A stretch of DNA of 64,000 nt from Gammaproteobacteria bacterium (GCA_050298595.1 JBNKUM010000008.1:139017-203016); one strand, 5' to 3'. Numbered from the stretch's first letter, positions 42,216-52,830 are shown. The notes: a model not told the origin generated them from the sequence alone. Numbers and translations: made by a program.

Positions 42216-43127
42216 ATGCATACACGTCACTTTCTTAGCCTGTTAGATTTGTCTGGTGATGAGCTCAGATCGCTGATCGCACATGCGATAGATGTAAAAA
42301 ACAGGCTCAAACAAGGCATTGCTCATACGCCACTAGCAGGCAAGGTTATGGCGATGATCTTTGAAAAATCTTCAACCCGTACGCGAGTTTCATTTGAAAG
42401 CGGGATGAGTCAACTGGGTGGACATGCTATGTTCCTCGCTCCCAGAGACATCCAGTTGGGGCGCGGTGAACCCATCGAAGATAGCGCCAGAGTTATTTCC
42501 AGCATGGTGGACTGCATTATGATCCGGACATTTGGACATGATCGACTGGAGGCCTTTGCAAGCGCCTCCAGGTCTCCTGTAATTAACGGCCTTACCGATA
42601 AGCTACACCCCTGCCAGCTTCTGGCAGACATGCAAACCTGGTTTGAATGTCGTGGCGATATTAAAGGCGCCACCGTAACCTGGATTGGCGATGGCAATAA
42701 TATGTGCCATTCATATATCAATGCGGCACGTCAGTTTGACTTTCAATTACAGATAGGCTGTCCAGAGAACTATCAGCCCGACTCTGATGTTCTTGAAGCT
42801 GCCGGAGACAGAGTTAAAATTTTCCACAGTACTGAAGAAGCCGCTAAAGATGCTGACCTTATTGTGACCGATGTATGGGCCAGTATGGGACAGGAAGAAG
42901 AACAGGAAGACCGTGTGAATGAATTCGCTAACTTTCAGGTTAATTCCGACATCATGCAAAAGGCACATAAAGAGGCCCTGTTTATGCATTGCCTGCCCGC
43001 ACATCGTGGCGAAGAAGTGACTGCAGAAGTGATTGATGGAGAACAAAGTGTGGTATGGCAGGAAGCTGAAAATCGTCTGCATGCGCAGAAAGCATTGCTG
43101 GAATTATTGATGCTAGGCCATTTCTAG
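42216..43127 (+). CDS. argF: ornithine carbamoyltransferase
   Basis: 303-aa ORF with the carbamoyl-phosphate binding STRTR motif and the HCLP ornithine-binding motif. Confidence 0.9.
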   Translation: MHTRHFLSLLDLSGDELRSLIAHAIDVKNRLKQGIAHTPLAGKVMAMIFEKSSTRTRVSFESGMSQLGGHAMFLAPRDIQLGRGEPIEDSARVISSMVDCIMIRTFGHDRLEAFASASRSPVINGLTDKLHPCQLLADMQTWFECRGDIKGATVTWIGDGNNMCHSYINAARQFDFQLQIGCPENYQPDSDVLEAAGDRVKIFHSTEEAAKDADLIVTDVWASMGQEEEQEDRVNEFANFQVNSDIMQKAHKEALFMHCLPAHRGEEVTAEVIDGEQSVVWQEAENRLHAQKALLELLMLGHF

Positions 43128-43168
43128 CCCAGCAAGCATATTCCCATTTATATTAGCTACAGCAGATA

Positions 43169-44500
43169 TCAACTTGCGATAATTTCAATTCGATCGCGCC
43201 CCTTTTTCTTGGCCTGATGCAGTGCTGTTTCAGCACGAGATATCAGATCTCTAGCAGAAATATTTTCATTCATAGGCGCGCAGCAAAGCCCTATCGAAAT
43301 GGTTACCCATGGGCTAATTAAAGATTTTTCGTGTTGAATCTTTTGCTCATTCAATTTGCTGCGTACATTTTCCATCAGCATTTTTGCGCCTTCGCAAGAT
43401 AATCCCGGCATTAAAATGCCAAACTCGGCCCCATTTAAACGAGCAACAACTTCATTCGATTTAATCACTTCACCCATTAATAAATGAGCGATACTGGTAA
43501 TCGTTCGGTTACCCATATCGTGACCATAGTGCAGGTTATATTCGCTGTAATAATCGACATTCAGCATCGCGATAGAAAGCGGTAATTTATTATCAATATG
43601 TTTGCGACGCTGGATTTCAATCCCGACGCGAAAAGCACGAAAATTTGATGCCCCGGTTAATTCATCGGTCGTCGACAGGTTGTCCAGTTCCTTATTCGAG
43701 GATGCAACTGCATTCAAAAGACGCTGCAGATCATTCACCAGAATTTCATTATCAAATCTCAGATGCATGGTTTCAGCTATCATGGACTGCATACTACGCA
43801 CACCCAGATAATAAGCACCAATCATAAACAGGTACATGCAACCAAGTACGATACCATCCGGGGTTCCTACCCAGAATAAATACAGCGTGACGGGCAGGAT
43901 CATCAACAGTAGATAACTGCCATAGACAAGCATAGAGGTTGATAAATAGGCGATCGCCCCAGCACCAAGGCCCAGCAGAAAGACGTGAAAAATAAACTGT
44001 AAATCATCGCTGATATAGGGCATCGCCAGAAGCGCGCCCATGCCCTGCCAGAATCCAACCAGATAAACCCCTAAGACAAATCGTTTTTTCCAAAAGCGAT
44101 GGTTCAGATAGTCTTTGTTTTTAGCTCGGTCAAAAGATACCTTTAACCTGTACCTCAATGCCTGAAAGATTAACAGGCCAGCAACCCAGGCATATACCCA
44201 GTTTTCCCGGTCCTGTAGCTGTAACTCATAAGAAGCCAGCAGCATGGCGACAACCGCAACCACCAGGGTAAATACCATCCCCACATTAAAACGGTCGTAT
44301 AGGAATTTAACCAACTCGTGCTGCAGCAGATGGTAAGTACTGATGCTAAATTTTTGTTCCTGATTATTATTCATCATTCCATACAATATTTTGATATGAA
44401 GATCAGACCATTGTAGTCCAATCGATAATTGTAAAACCACAGGAAACTGAATACTTTTAAAAAATTGTCTGGTACATTCAGCAATTATTCTGGATATCAT
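43169..44500 (-). CDS. membrane-anchored GGDEF-domain protein with non-canonical NGAEF signature
   Basis: The N-terminal half is polytopic membrane. The C-terminal GGDEF fold (DELTGASNFRAF...VVARLNGAEFGILM) has NGAEF in place of GG[DE]EF. The true start may be the internal MMNNNQ near 44377. Confidence 0.7.
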   Translation of the reverse strand: MISRIIAECTRQFFKSIQFPVVLQLSIGLQWSDLHIKILYGMMNNNQEQKFSISTYHLLQHELVKFLYDRFNVGMVFTLVVAVVAMLLASYELQLQDRENWVYAWVAGLLIFQALRYRLKVSFDRAKNKDYLNHRFWKKRFVLGVYLVGFWQGMGALLAMPYISDDLQFIFHVFLLGLGAGAIAYLSTSMLVYGSYLLLMILPVTLYLFWVGTPDGIVLGCMYLFMIGAYYLGVRSMQSMIAETMHLRFDNEILVNDLQRLLNAVASSNKELDNLSTTDELTGASNFRAFRVGIEIQRRKHIDNKLPLSIAMLNVDYYSEYNLHYGHDMGNRTITSIAHLLMGEVIKSNEVVARLNGAEFGILMPGLSCEGAKMLMENVRSKLNEQKIQHEKSLISPWVTISIGLCCAPMNENISARDLISRAETALHQAKKKGRDRIEIIAS

Positions 44501-44527
44501 AATTTTTCTACTTAAAAAGTTTCAACT

Positions 44528-45823
44528 ATGACAACTACCGACTACATTCAATGGTTCAGAAGTGCTGCACCCTATATCAATGCATTTAGAAAGAAAACTT
44601 TCGTCATTGTGTTATCGGGTGAAATGGTTAAATCTGACCTGTTTGATAACCTGATTCATGATATTGCTTTGTGCCACCACCTGGGCATTAAACTGGTACT
44701 GGTGCATGGTAGCCGATTTCAAATAGATCAGTTACTCAATCAGCATCAAGTAGAGCAAAAGCTACACAATAATATTCGTATTAGCGAAGTAAAACACATG
44801 CCATTGATTTTGCAGGCTATCGACCAGGTTAAAAACACCATCCTGGCTCGCCTGTCTATGGGACTGCCCAATACACCAATGTCGGGTTCGGATATATCCA
44901 TCATAAGCGGTAATTTTATAATCGGTATGCCGCTAGGTATTATTGATGGAGTTGATATGCAACACAGTGGCAAGGTGCGCTCTGTTGATACGCAGTCAAT
45001 AACCCAGCTTCTGGATCAACACATCGTCTTATTATCCAATGTTGGCTACTCAAAAAGCGGAGAGATCTTTAACCTCCAGGCTGAAGAGCTTGGTGAAAAA
45101 GTGGCTACAGCGCTGGCAGCAGAGAAACTGATTTATTTTAACCAGGACTACATAAGCAACCCGGTATCCGATCAGTTCTCCACCGATGATTGCATCAGCT
45201 TTATCAATGAAGAAAGCACATCAGACGCTTTGAAAGCATTACTGCAACATGCAGTTTCTGCGGTAACACATTCTGTAAACCGGGTACATATCATCGATGA
45301 AACATTGGATGGAGGCCTGTTGCAGGAGCTATTTACGCGAGATGGTGCCGGCATGATGGTAACCAACCTGTTCTACGAAGGCTTACGTAAAGCCAGCATT
45401 GAAGATATCGGCGGCATACTTGAATTGATACAGCCTCTAGAGCAGGCTGGCGCCCTGATCAAACGCTCACGAGAACAACTAGAGCTAGAAATAGATGCAT
45501 TTCTGGTTATTGAAAGGGATGGGATGATAATAGCCTGTATCGCCTGTATCGCTGACCTTGAGAATAAAATTGCCGAAGTCGCCTGCGTTGCTGTACACCC
45601 TGATTATCGTAAATGCGGCTATGGCGATCAGCTATTGACTGCGGTTGAACTTACCGCTCGTAAACTCAAATTAAATCATTTATATATCCTCACTACCCGA
45701 ACCATGCACTGGTTTCTGGAAAAGGGGTTTGTAGAAAATACCCTGCAATTTTTACCCGACTACAAGGCCAGAAACTATAACCAGCAAAGGAAATCCCGCA
45801 TCATGACCAAGGCGTTAGGTTAA
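44528..45823 (+). CDS. argA: amino-acid N-acetyltransferase (N-acetylglutamate synthase; amino-acid kinase plus GNAT domains)
   Basis: 431-aa ORF collinear with E. coli ArgA (TFVI..GGE, LVLVHG, GGLLQELFTRDG-GM, CVAVHPDYR). Confidence 0.9.
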   Translation: MTTTDYIQWFRSAAPYINAFRKKTFVIVLSGEMVKSDLFDNLIHDIALCHHLGIKLVLVHGSRFQIDQLLNQHQVEQKLHNNIRISEVKHMPLILQAIDQVKNTILARLSMGLPNTPMSGSDISIISGNFIIGMPLGIIDGVDMQHSGKVRSVDTQSITQLLDQHIVLLSNVGYSKSGEIFNLQAEELGEKVATALAAEKLIYFNQDYISNPVSDQFSTDDCISFINEESTSDALKALLQHAVSAVTHSVNRVHIIDETLDGGLLQELFTRDGAGMMVTNLFYEGLRKASIEDIGGILELIQPLEQAGALIKRSREQLELEIDAFLVIERDGMIIACIACIADLENKIAEVACVAVHPDYRKCGYGDQLLTAVELTARKLKLNHLYILTTRTMHWFLEKGFVENTLQFLPDYKARNYNQQRKSRIMTKALG

Positions 45824-45830
45824 TTAGACT

Positions 45831-46760
45831 ATGGCATATGACTTAAGTAATTATCTGGTCATTGGTATTTCATCTCGCGCCCTTTTTGATTTGACCGTTG
45901 AGAATGAAATCTACGAAAAGCAGGGTCTGGAAGCCTACTGTAAGTACCAGCTCGAACACGAAAACGACATTCTGCATCCAGGCACCGGCTTCGCGTTGAT
46001 CGAAGCCATGCTCAAAATCAACCATATAGATGCTGCTAAACGACGCACTGAAGTGGTCATCGTCTCACGTAACTCAGCCGATACCAGTTTGCGCATCTCC
46101 AATTCTATCGACCACTATAAGCTGGACATCACCCGGGCAGCTTTCACCGGTGGTGAGCCGGTGGCGAAATATCTGAATGCCTTTGATGTCGATCTATTCC
46201 TGTCGGCCACCGAAGAGGATGTTCAGGCAGCTGTTGAGTCAAATGTTGCTTCCGGACTGATTTACGACGCGCCGTCAAAAAATGCCGCCAAGCCACTGGA
46301 ACAGATCCGCATTGCTTTCGACGGTGATGCGGTATTGTTTTCAGAAGAATCAGAGATAATCTATCAGGAACAAGGACTGGAAGCCTTTATCGCACACGAA
46401 AAACTTAACGCAACACTTCCCTTACCCGAGGGACCGTTTGCCAAACTACTGAAGACACTATCGTTTCTTCAATTCGAACTGGATGGCACTTTTGAGGGCC
46501 CACCACCCATACGTACAGCACTGGTAACCGCGCGTAACAGTCCGGCGCACGAACGCGTAATTCGCACATTACGTGCATGGAATGTCAGAATAGATGAAAC
46601 ATTCTTCCTTGGAGGGGTTCCTAAGGATCGAGTACTAGCCTCTTTTTTGCCGCATATCTTTTTTGATGATCAACATCGTCATTGCGACGATGCTTCCAGG
46701 GTGGTACCCACAGCGCGGGTACCCTACCCCAAAAACGGCGCTAAAACAGCAGAATCGTAA
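45831..46760 (+). CDS. HAD-like 5'-nucleotidase family protein (PF06189-like)
   Basis: 309-aa ORF with IAFDGDAVLF (a DxD HAD motif I-like) and a C-terminal FFDDQ. The family assignment is by recollection only. Confidence 0.5.
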   Translation: MAYDLSNYLVIGISSRALFDLTVENEIYEKQGLEAYCKYQLEHENDILHPGTGFALIEAMLKINHIDAAKRRTEVVIVSRNSADTSLRISNSIDHYKLDITRAAFTGGEPVAKYLNAFDVDLFLSATEEDVQAAVESNVASGLIYDAPSKNAAKPLEQIRIAFDGDAVLFSEESEIIYQEQGLEAFIAHEKLNATLPLPEGPFAKLLKTLSFLQFELDGTFEGPPPIRTALVTARNSPAHERVIRTLRAWNVRIDETFFLGGVPKDRVLASFLPHIFFDDQHRHCDDASRVVPTARVPYPKNGAKTAES

Positions 46761-46763
46761 CAA

Positions 46764-47180
46764 TCAATCGTCGCGATGCTGTTTCTCCAGTCTTTCATGC
46801 TTTTCCTGTGCTTCGATAGTTAACGTAGCAATAGGACGAGCTTCTAGCCGAGATAAACCAATTTCATCTCCTGTATCATCACAATAGCCATAAGAGCCAT
46901 CTGAGATACGCGACATGGCTGAGTCTATCTTATTCACCAGCTTACGATAGCGATCACGAGTACGTAACTCTAAAGCCGCATCGGTTTCAAGGCTTGCACG
47001 ATCATTGATATCAGGCTCCTGCCAGTTCTCTTCTTTCAGATGAGAAATGGTGTTTTCAGATTCCTGTAACAATTCTGCTCGCCACTTAAGCAGCTTACGA
47101 CGAAAATATTCTAGTTGCTGCGGAGACATGTATTCTTCATCAGCAGAAGGCTTATAGCCTTCCGGCAGTTCAATAGTCAT
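46764..47180 (-). CDS. dksA: DksA-family RNA polymerase-binding regulator with a degenerate zinc-finger region (single Cys)
   Basis: 138-aa ORF with a coiled-coil N-terminal region with acidic tip. The C-terminal region YGYCDDTGDEIG...ATLTIEAQ reads C-x2-T...T-x2-A where the canonical pattern is C-x2-C...C-x2-C. Confidence 0.8.
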   Translation of the reverse strand: MTIELPEGYKPSADEEYMSPQQLEYFRRKLLKWRAELLQESENTISHLKEENWQEPDINDRASLETDAALELRTRDRYRKLVNKIDSAMSRISDGSYGYCDDTGDEIGLSRLEARPIATLTIEAQEKHERLEKQHRDD

Positions 47181-47324
47181 CCAGAGTCCTCCTGTGAACC
47201 CAAGGTGGGGAAAAACGGCAGGAAGTATAGGCAGGTTTCGACTTCACGGCAAGCTGATGATGAATTTAAATCAATTCATCACCAGGGTTTGCGGAAAAAT
47301 ATCGAATTTACCAGCTGTTATTAA

Positions 47325-48194
47325 TCAGCCCAGTAACTTTGCCATAGCTTCACCAATACGCGACGGTGAGTTTACAGTAGTCACACCAGCCGCCTGTAAT
47401 GCAGCAAACTTTTCGTCTGCTGTACCCTTGCCCCCGGCAATGATAGCGCCTGCGTGCCCCATACGCTTGCCTTTAGGAGCCGTAACTCCAGCAATATAGG
47501 AAACCACAGGTTTGGAGAAATGCTTACTGATGTATTCAGCAGCCTGCTCTTCAGCATTACCACCGATTTCACCAACCATAACAACACCTTCCGTTTCTGG
47601 ATCTTGCTCAAACAATTCAAGACAATCGATAAAGTTCATGCCCTGGATAGGGTCACCACCTATACCGATACAGGTAGTTTGGCCAAGTCCATTCTGTGTA
47701 GTTTGATGTACCGCTTCATAAGTCAGGGTGCCAGACCGAGAAATGATCCCGACTCGACCTTTTTGATGGATTGCACCCGGCATGATACCGATTTTGCACT
47801 CACCTGAGGTGATAATACCAGGGCAGTTAGGACCGATCAGATAACTGTCAGAGCCATCCAGCACCGCCTTAACCTTCAGCATATCCTGCACAGGAATATG
47901 CTCAGTAATACAAACAATGACCTTGATGCCTGCATCAGCAGCTTCCAGTATGGCATCCGCACAAAATGCGGCGGGCACATAAATCATGGTAGCTTCTGCA
48001 CCGGTTTGCCTGACCGCATCGGCTACCGTATCAAATACCGGCATACTCAAATGGGTCTGACCACCTTTACCAGGAGTCACACCACCGACCATCCTGGTAC
48101 CATAAGCAACGGCTTGCTCAGAATGAAATGTACCCTGCTTACCGGTAAAACCCTGGCAGATCACTTTAGTGTCTTTATTGATTAAGATACTCAT
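47325..48194 (-). CDS. sucD: succinyl-CoA synthetase alpha subunit
   Basis: 289-aa ORF with the CoA-binding N-terminus and the phosphohistidine loop GHAGA context. Confidence 0.95.
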   Translation of the reverse strand: MSILINKDTKVICQGFTGKQGTFHSEQAVAYGTRMVGGVTPGKGGQTHLSMPVFDTVADAVRQTGAEATMIYVPAAFCADAILEAADAGIKVIVCITEHIPVQDMLKVKAVLDGSDSYLIGPNCPGIITSGECKIGIMPGAIHQKGRVGIISRSGTLTYEAVHQTTQNGLGQTTCIGIGGDPIQGMNFIDCLELFEQDPETEGVVMVGEIGGNAEEQAAEYISKHFSKPVVSYIAGVTAPKGKRMGHAGAIIAGGKGTADEKFAALQAAGVTTVNSPSRIGEAMAKLLG

Positions 48195-49360
48195 GCCACA
48201 CCTCCGATTGAAGCAACAGCCTTTTTAGCGCCATCCTCCAGATTATCCGCAGAAATAATTTCAACATCGCTTTCTGCCAGCAAAGCCTTACCCTGTTCAA
48301 CATTAGTACCTTCCAGTCTGACTATTACCGGGATACTGACCCCTACCTCCTTCACTGCACGGATAATGCCGTCAGCAATCAGGTCACAGCGAACGATGCC
48401 ACCAAAGATATTCACCAGAATCGCTTTTACATTGGTATCTGAGAGAATCAGTTTAAAGGCTTCCGCCACTTTCTCAGCCGTGGTACCACCCCCTACATCA
48501 AGGAAGTTGGCCGGATCACCGCCCTGTAGCTTAATTTCATCCATGGTTGCCATAGCCAGCCCAGCACCATTTACCATACAGCCGATATTGCCATCCAGAG
48601 ATACATAGTTAAGACCATGTGCATCGGCTTCCAGCTCGCGTGCATTTTCCTGAGTAGTATCACGTAATTTGACGAGTTCAGGTTGGCGATACAGCGCATT
48701 GTCATCTATACCCACCTTGGCATCCAGCGCCATAAGGTCACCCTGTTTGGTCACGATTAACGGGTTGATTTCGATCAGGCTGACATCGTGCTGAGTAAAA
48801 ATCTTGTACAGGCCATGCATAATTGCAGCCAGCTGTTTGATCTGATCACCTTGCAGCCCCAGGCCAAAAGCAATCTGACGGGTTTGGTAGGGTTGCAGGC
48901 CAGCAATAGGATCAACCTTAACCTTAAGGATTTTTTCTGGTTGAGTTGCTGCCACCTCTTCTATATCCATACCGCCTTCGGCTGATGCCATAAAAACAAT
49001 ACGACGACTGGAACGATCGATCAGAGCCCCCAGATAGATTTCACGCTCGATATCAGATAACGATTCAATCAACACTCGGCTAATAGGAAGGCCATCACTG
49101 TCAGTTTGATGAGTTACCAGAGTGGTGCCCAGATAACCTTTTACGATTTCAGCGAGCTCAGCCTCACTCTTGACGATTTTTACCCCCCCCGCTTTGCCAC
49201 GGCCTCCAGCGTGAACCTGAGCCTTAACAATCCAGCTTTCACCGCCGAGTTGTTTTGCAATAGCTTGAGCTTCATCCACATTGAATGCAGCCTTGCCGTC
49301 TGGCACAGGGATATTAAATGTTCTAAATAGGTCTTTAGATTGATGTTCGTGTAAATTCAT
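48191..49360 (-). CDS. sucC: succinyl-CoA synthetase beta subunit
   Basis: 389-aa ORF beginning [12 protein letters not shown] with an ATP-grasp fold. Its stop overlaps the sucD start by 4 nt. Confidence 0.95.
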   Translation of the reverse strand: MNLHEHQSKDLFRTFNIPVPDGKAAFNVDEAQAIAKQLGGESWIVKAQVHAGGRGKAGGVKIVKSEAELAEIVKGYLGTTLVTHQTDSDGLPISRVLIESLSDIEREIYLGALIDRSSRRIVFMASAEGGMDIEEVAATQPEKILKVKVDPIAGLQPYQTRQIAFGLGLQGDQIKQLAAIMHGLYKIFTQHDVSLIEINPLIVTKQGDLMALDAKVGIDDNALYRQPELVKLRDTTQENARELEADAHGLNYVSLDGNIGCMVNGAGLAMATMDEIKLQGGDPANFLDVGGGTTAEKVAEAFKLILSDTNVKAILVNIFGGIVRCDLIADGIIRAVKEVGVSIPVIVRLEGTNVEQGKALLAESDVEIISADNLEDGAKKAVASIGGVA

Positions 49361-49464
49361 ATGGCGATTGATCCCTTTTAGGATTGTTGAAGGATTATTG
49401 TTATGAGTTCGAATTAATCATAGACTAATGACCTGAAACGCAACAACCAATAATTTTTTCTTAT

Positions 49465-49698
49465 GTGTATATGATTTTTAGACTACTGCTACTGTTCCTT
49501 ATTGTCTGGTTTCTGATCTGGATGTTTAAAAAACAATTCTCCCAGAAACCATCAGATAACTCGTCTTCCAATCAACAGGAGGCTGAAGACATGCTGGCTT
49601 GCCACCACTGTGGTACGCACGTACCCAGATCACTGGGGCTTACAGAGAATGGAAAATTTTACTGTTGTAAAGAACATGCTGAACTAGATGAACGATAA
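49465..49698 (+). CDS. small membrane-anchored zinc-ribbon protein, translationally coupled to pilS
   Basis: 77-aa ORF with an N-terminal TM helix, then CHHCGTHVP...YCCKEHAE giving a CxxC...CC pattern. Its stop overlaps the pilS start by 11 nt. Confidence 0.45.
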   Translation: MYMIFRLLLLFLIVWFLIWMFKKQFSQKPSDNSSSNQQEAEDMLACHHCGTHVPRSLGLTENGKFYCCKEHAELDER

Positions 49699-51268
49699 GT
49701 CACACGTTCATTTTGGCTATAAACAGCGTTCCTCCAACTGGACCTCACTCAGATTACTGAATATTTTCAGGGTTGCTGTCGCGGCGATTTTTTTCGCACA
49801 AAGCTTCCTAAGCAATTCACCACTGATATATATCCAGAATTTGTCACTGTATGCATGGACCAGTTTTGCCTACCTTTTACTATCACTGGTGATGACACTG
49901 GCAGCCTGGATAGACCGGCGCAACTTTCAACTTCAGATCAGTCTACAAACTTACACCGATATCATCGCCATCATTTTATTGATGCATGCATGCGGGGGGA
50001 TTAGCAGTGGTTTGGGCACGTTATTAATCATTTCAATAGCGATTAGCGGCTTGCTTGGAAAGAACTCCCTGGCAACCATATTTGCTTCCCTTGCATCGGT
50101 TTTACTGTTATCCGAGTACAGCTACTCTTCATTTCATTCAATTTCGAGCGGGTCTTCTACACAGGTTGGGTTACTGGGTGCAGCACTTTTCGCTACCGCG
50201 CTGGTCACTCAAACCTTAACCAAACGCATAAGCTCATCTGAAGAGGTCATCAAACAGCAGAAATTAGATGTCGCAAACCTGGCCGCATTAAATTCAGAAA
50301 TACTGCAAAACATGCAATCCGGTGTCATTGCTCTGGACAGTCTTGACCAGGTGAGGCACATCAATGATATCGCTCGTAACATGTTACATATAAAGGATGA
50401 TATTAAAATTCCTTTTAGTTTACGAAAACATTTACCCGATATTTATCAGTCACTTAAACTCTGGCATGGCGATATTACAGAGTCCAAGATTCTGCTACCC
50501 ACTCAGAGTGGTGACAATAATATTCAGGTCTATTTTCAGGACATGCACTCCACATCGCACAACGGCACACTGATATTCCTGGATGATATCTCCAAAATCA
50601 GACACCAGATGCAGCAATCCAAACTGGCATCACTCGGACAACTCACCGCAAATATCGCGCATGAAATCCGCAACCCACTGGCTGCCATTTCGCACGCAGC
50701 CCAGTTGATCGCGGAAAATGAAGGCCTGCCCGATTTGGAAAAACGACTCACACAAATTATCAGCCAGCACTCGGAGCGAATTAACGCCATCATTGAAGAT
50801 ATCATGCAAATATCACGTGGCAGGATCGCCAGTCAGGATAAAATCGTACTAAAAGACTGGCTTCAACACTTTGTAGATGCCTTTTACCAGACTGGGGAAA
50901 ACAAACAGGAATGTTTTGATTTACAGGTAGAAAGTGAACAGTTAGAAGTGATATTTGACAGCGGTCATCTTAATCGTATTCTGACCAATCTTTGTAATAA
51001 TGCCAAAACACATGGCAAGGCCGATTTTCCGATAACCATTAAAATCTCTCAGGACGAACACCAGACAACGCATATCGAGGTAGCAGACAGGGGTAAAGGC
51101 ATAAGTGATAAGGAAATGGACAAAATTTTCGAGCCTTTCTACACCACTAGCCACAAGGGATCAGGTTTGGGTCTATATATAGTCAGCCAGCTATGCGAGT
51201 TGAACGACGCTCAGATTAAGGTAAGCCGAAATGAGTTCGGTGGTACCAGTTTTATCATTTCAAAATAA
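49688..51268 (+). CDS. pilS: sensor histidine kinase PilS
   Basis: 526-aa ORF with about 6 N-terminal TM helices, a HisKA H-box (ANIAHEIRNPLAAI) and an HATPase_c domain. It is immediately upstream of pilR. Confidence 0.85.
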   Translation: MNDKSHVHFGYKQRSSNWTSLRLLNIFRVAVAAIFFAQSFLSNSPLIYIQNLSLYAWTSFAYLLLSLVMTLAAWIDRRNFQLQISLQTYTDIIAIILLMHACGGISSGLGTLLIISIAISGLLGKNSLATIFASLASVLLLSEYSYSSFHSISSGSSTQVGLLGAALFATALVTQTLTKRISSSEEVIKQQKLDVANLAALNSEILQNMQSGVIALDSLDQVRHINDIARNMLHIKDDIKIPFSLRKHLPDIYQSLKLWHGDITESKILLPTQSGDNNIQVYFQDMHSTSHNGTLIFLDDISKIRHQMQQSKLASLGQLTANIAHEIRNPLAAISHAAQLIAENEGLPDLEKRLTQIISQHSERINAIIEDIMQISRGRIASQDKIVLKDWLQHFVDAFYQTGENKQECFDLQVESEQLEVIFDSGHLNRILTNLCNNAKTHGKADFPITIKISQDEHQTTHIEVADRGKGISDKEMDKIFEPFYTTSHKGSGLGLYIVSQLCELNDAQIKVSRNEFGGTSFIISK

Positions 51269-51277
51269 ATATCAGCG

Positions 51278-52603
51278 ATGAATAAACAAACAGTATTGGT
51301 AGTAGATGATGAACCAGACATCCTTGAACTGCTGGAAATCACCCTGATGCGTATGAATCTGCAGGTGAAATGCGCCGAAGATTACAGCTCAGCCACACGC
51401 CTGATTCATGAAAACCGCTTTGACTTTTGCCTTACCGATATGAAACTACCGGATGGTGATGGGATATCGCTGGTGCAATACATTCAGCAGCATCGCCCGA
51501 ACATGCCGGTCGCCGTCATTACAGCACATGGTAATATGGAGCTCGCGATCAAGGCCATGAAAGCAGGCGCTTATGACTTTGTATCCAAACCGGTATCGCT
51601 GGATAAACTCAGAAACCTGATTGAAAAAGGCATCCAGACCTCTCAAACCGAAGAGATCACTACTGATCCACAGGCCCGTTTCCAGATTATCGGCCAGTCA
51701 AAACAGATCCAGACCCTGCGTGAAACCATCAAGAAATTTGCTCGCAGCCAGGCACCGGTTTTCATTGAAGGCGATTCCGGTACAGGTAAAGAGCTGGTCG
51801 CACGTCAGATACACCAACACAGTGCACGTAATCATTACCCTTTTATTGCTGTCAACTGCGGCGCCATACCAGGTGAACTCATGGAAAGCGAACTGTTTGG
51901 CCATCTGAAAGGTAGCTTCACCGGCGCGATACAGGATAACCCTGGGTTATTTCGTGCCGCAGAAGGCGGCACATTATTTCTGGATGAAATTGCCGATTTA
52001 CCCTTAGCCATGCAGGTCAAGCTATTGCGTGTAATTCAGGAAAAAAGCATACGTCCAGTGGGTGGGCAAAAAGAAATCAGCATCGACGTCAGAATCATCA
52101 GTGCTTCGCATAAAAACCTGCAACAATTGGTGGCTTCAGGAGAATTTCGCCAGGATCTCTACTATCGAATCAATGTAATCGGCATACAGGTGCCCGCTTT
52201 AAAGCAACGTAGCGAAGATATTCAGCTATTAGCCGAGCATATACTGAAACGCCTAAGTCAGGAAAATGGGATGCAATACACTTTGGGGCAAAGCGCAATT
52301 AACGCATTTCAACATTACGGCTTTCCCGGCAATGTACGTGAACTGGAAAACATACTGGAACGTGCCTGTGCATTGGCCGAAACCAATCAGATCAACGAGC
52401 AGGATCTTCAATTACCCCAAATACCTGTCCCACCATCAAACCAGATCAGCCTGTTAGACCAGACCACTGAACTTGAAGCCAATGCTCTGGAAAAAGCCCT
52501 GATAGAGAATAAATGGAATCAATCGGCTGCCGCCAGACAGCTCGGTATCACCCTGAGACAACTCAGATACCGCTGCGAAAAAATGGGAATACTGGGTAAA
52601 TAA
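51278..52603 (+). CDS. pilR: sigma-54-dependent response regulator PilR (NtrC family)
   Basis: 441-aa ORF with REC, an AAA+ sigma-54 activator domain (GDSGTGKE, GSFTGA for the GAFTGA motif, ESELFGH) and a C-terminal Fis-type HTH. Confidence 0.9.
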   Translation: MNKQTVLVVDDEPDILELLEITLMRMNLQVKCAEDYSSATRLIHENRFDFCLTDMKLPDGDGISLVQYIQQHRPNMPVAVITAHGNMELAIKAMKAGAYDFVSKPVSLDKLRNLIEKGIQTSQTEEITTDPQARFQIIGQSKQIQTLRETIKKFARSQAPVFIEGDSGTGKELVARQIHQHSARNHYPFIAVNCGAIPGELMESELFGHLKGSFTGAIQDNPGLFRAAEGGTLFLDEIADLPLAMQVKLLRVIQEKSIRPVGGQKEISIDVRIISASHKNLQQLVASGEFRQDLYYRINVIGIQVPALKQRSEDIQLLAEHILKRLSQENGMQYTLGQSAINAFQHYGFPGNVRELENILERACALAETNQINEQDLQLPQIPVPPSNQISLLDQTTELEANALEKALIENKWNQSAAARQLGITLRQLRYRCEKMGILGK

Positions 52604-52604
52604 A

Positions 52605-52639
52605 TGACATGAATGTCAATATTTGACAAAAATGTCAAA
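52605..52639 (+). promoter_or_regulatory. two palindromic TGACA-N4-TGTCA sites; candidate PilR enhancer (UAS) for pilA
   Basis: TGACATGAATGTCA (52605-52618) and TTGACAAAAATGTCAA (52624-52639). They lie about 100-130 bp upstream of the sigma-54 promoter and immediately after the pilR stop. Confidence 0.5.
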
Positions 52640-52737
52640 TATTCGCTTTTTTTGTAATACCGAACAGTCTTCATACAAACAAACCAAAATCAAATAACTC
52701 ATTGTTTTAACAGCGTTATTCAAAATAAAATCGACTT

Positions 52738-52753
52738 TGGCACAGCATCTGCT
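52738..52753 (+). promoter_or_regulatory. sigma-54 (-24/-12) promoter for pilA
   Basis: TGGCAC-AGCAT-CTGCT matches TGGCAC-N5-TTGCW at the correct GG/GC spacing. The pilA start codon is about 78 nt downstream. Confidence 0.6.
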
Positions 52754-52830
52754 ATACCTAAGACATGAATCGGCTGTCCCGCTTCTGGCAAGCTAAGGCT
52801 TAACCTTTTAATTTAATAGAGGAAACAATC

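Noticed and set aside
52786-52802. Second sigma-54-like TGGCAA-N5-GGCT element upstream of pilA
   Set aside because: The -12 region lacks the GC dinucleotide in a TTGCW context. The upstream TGGCAC-N5-CTGCT is a much better match.
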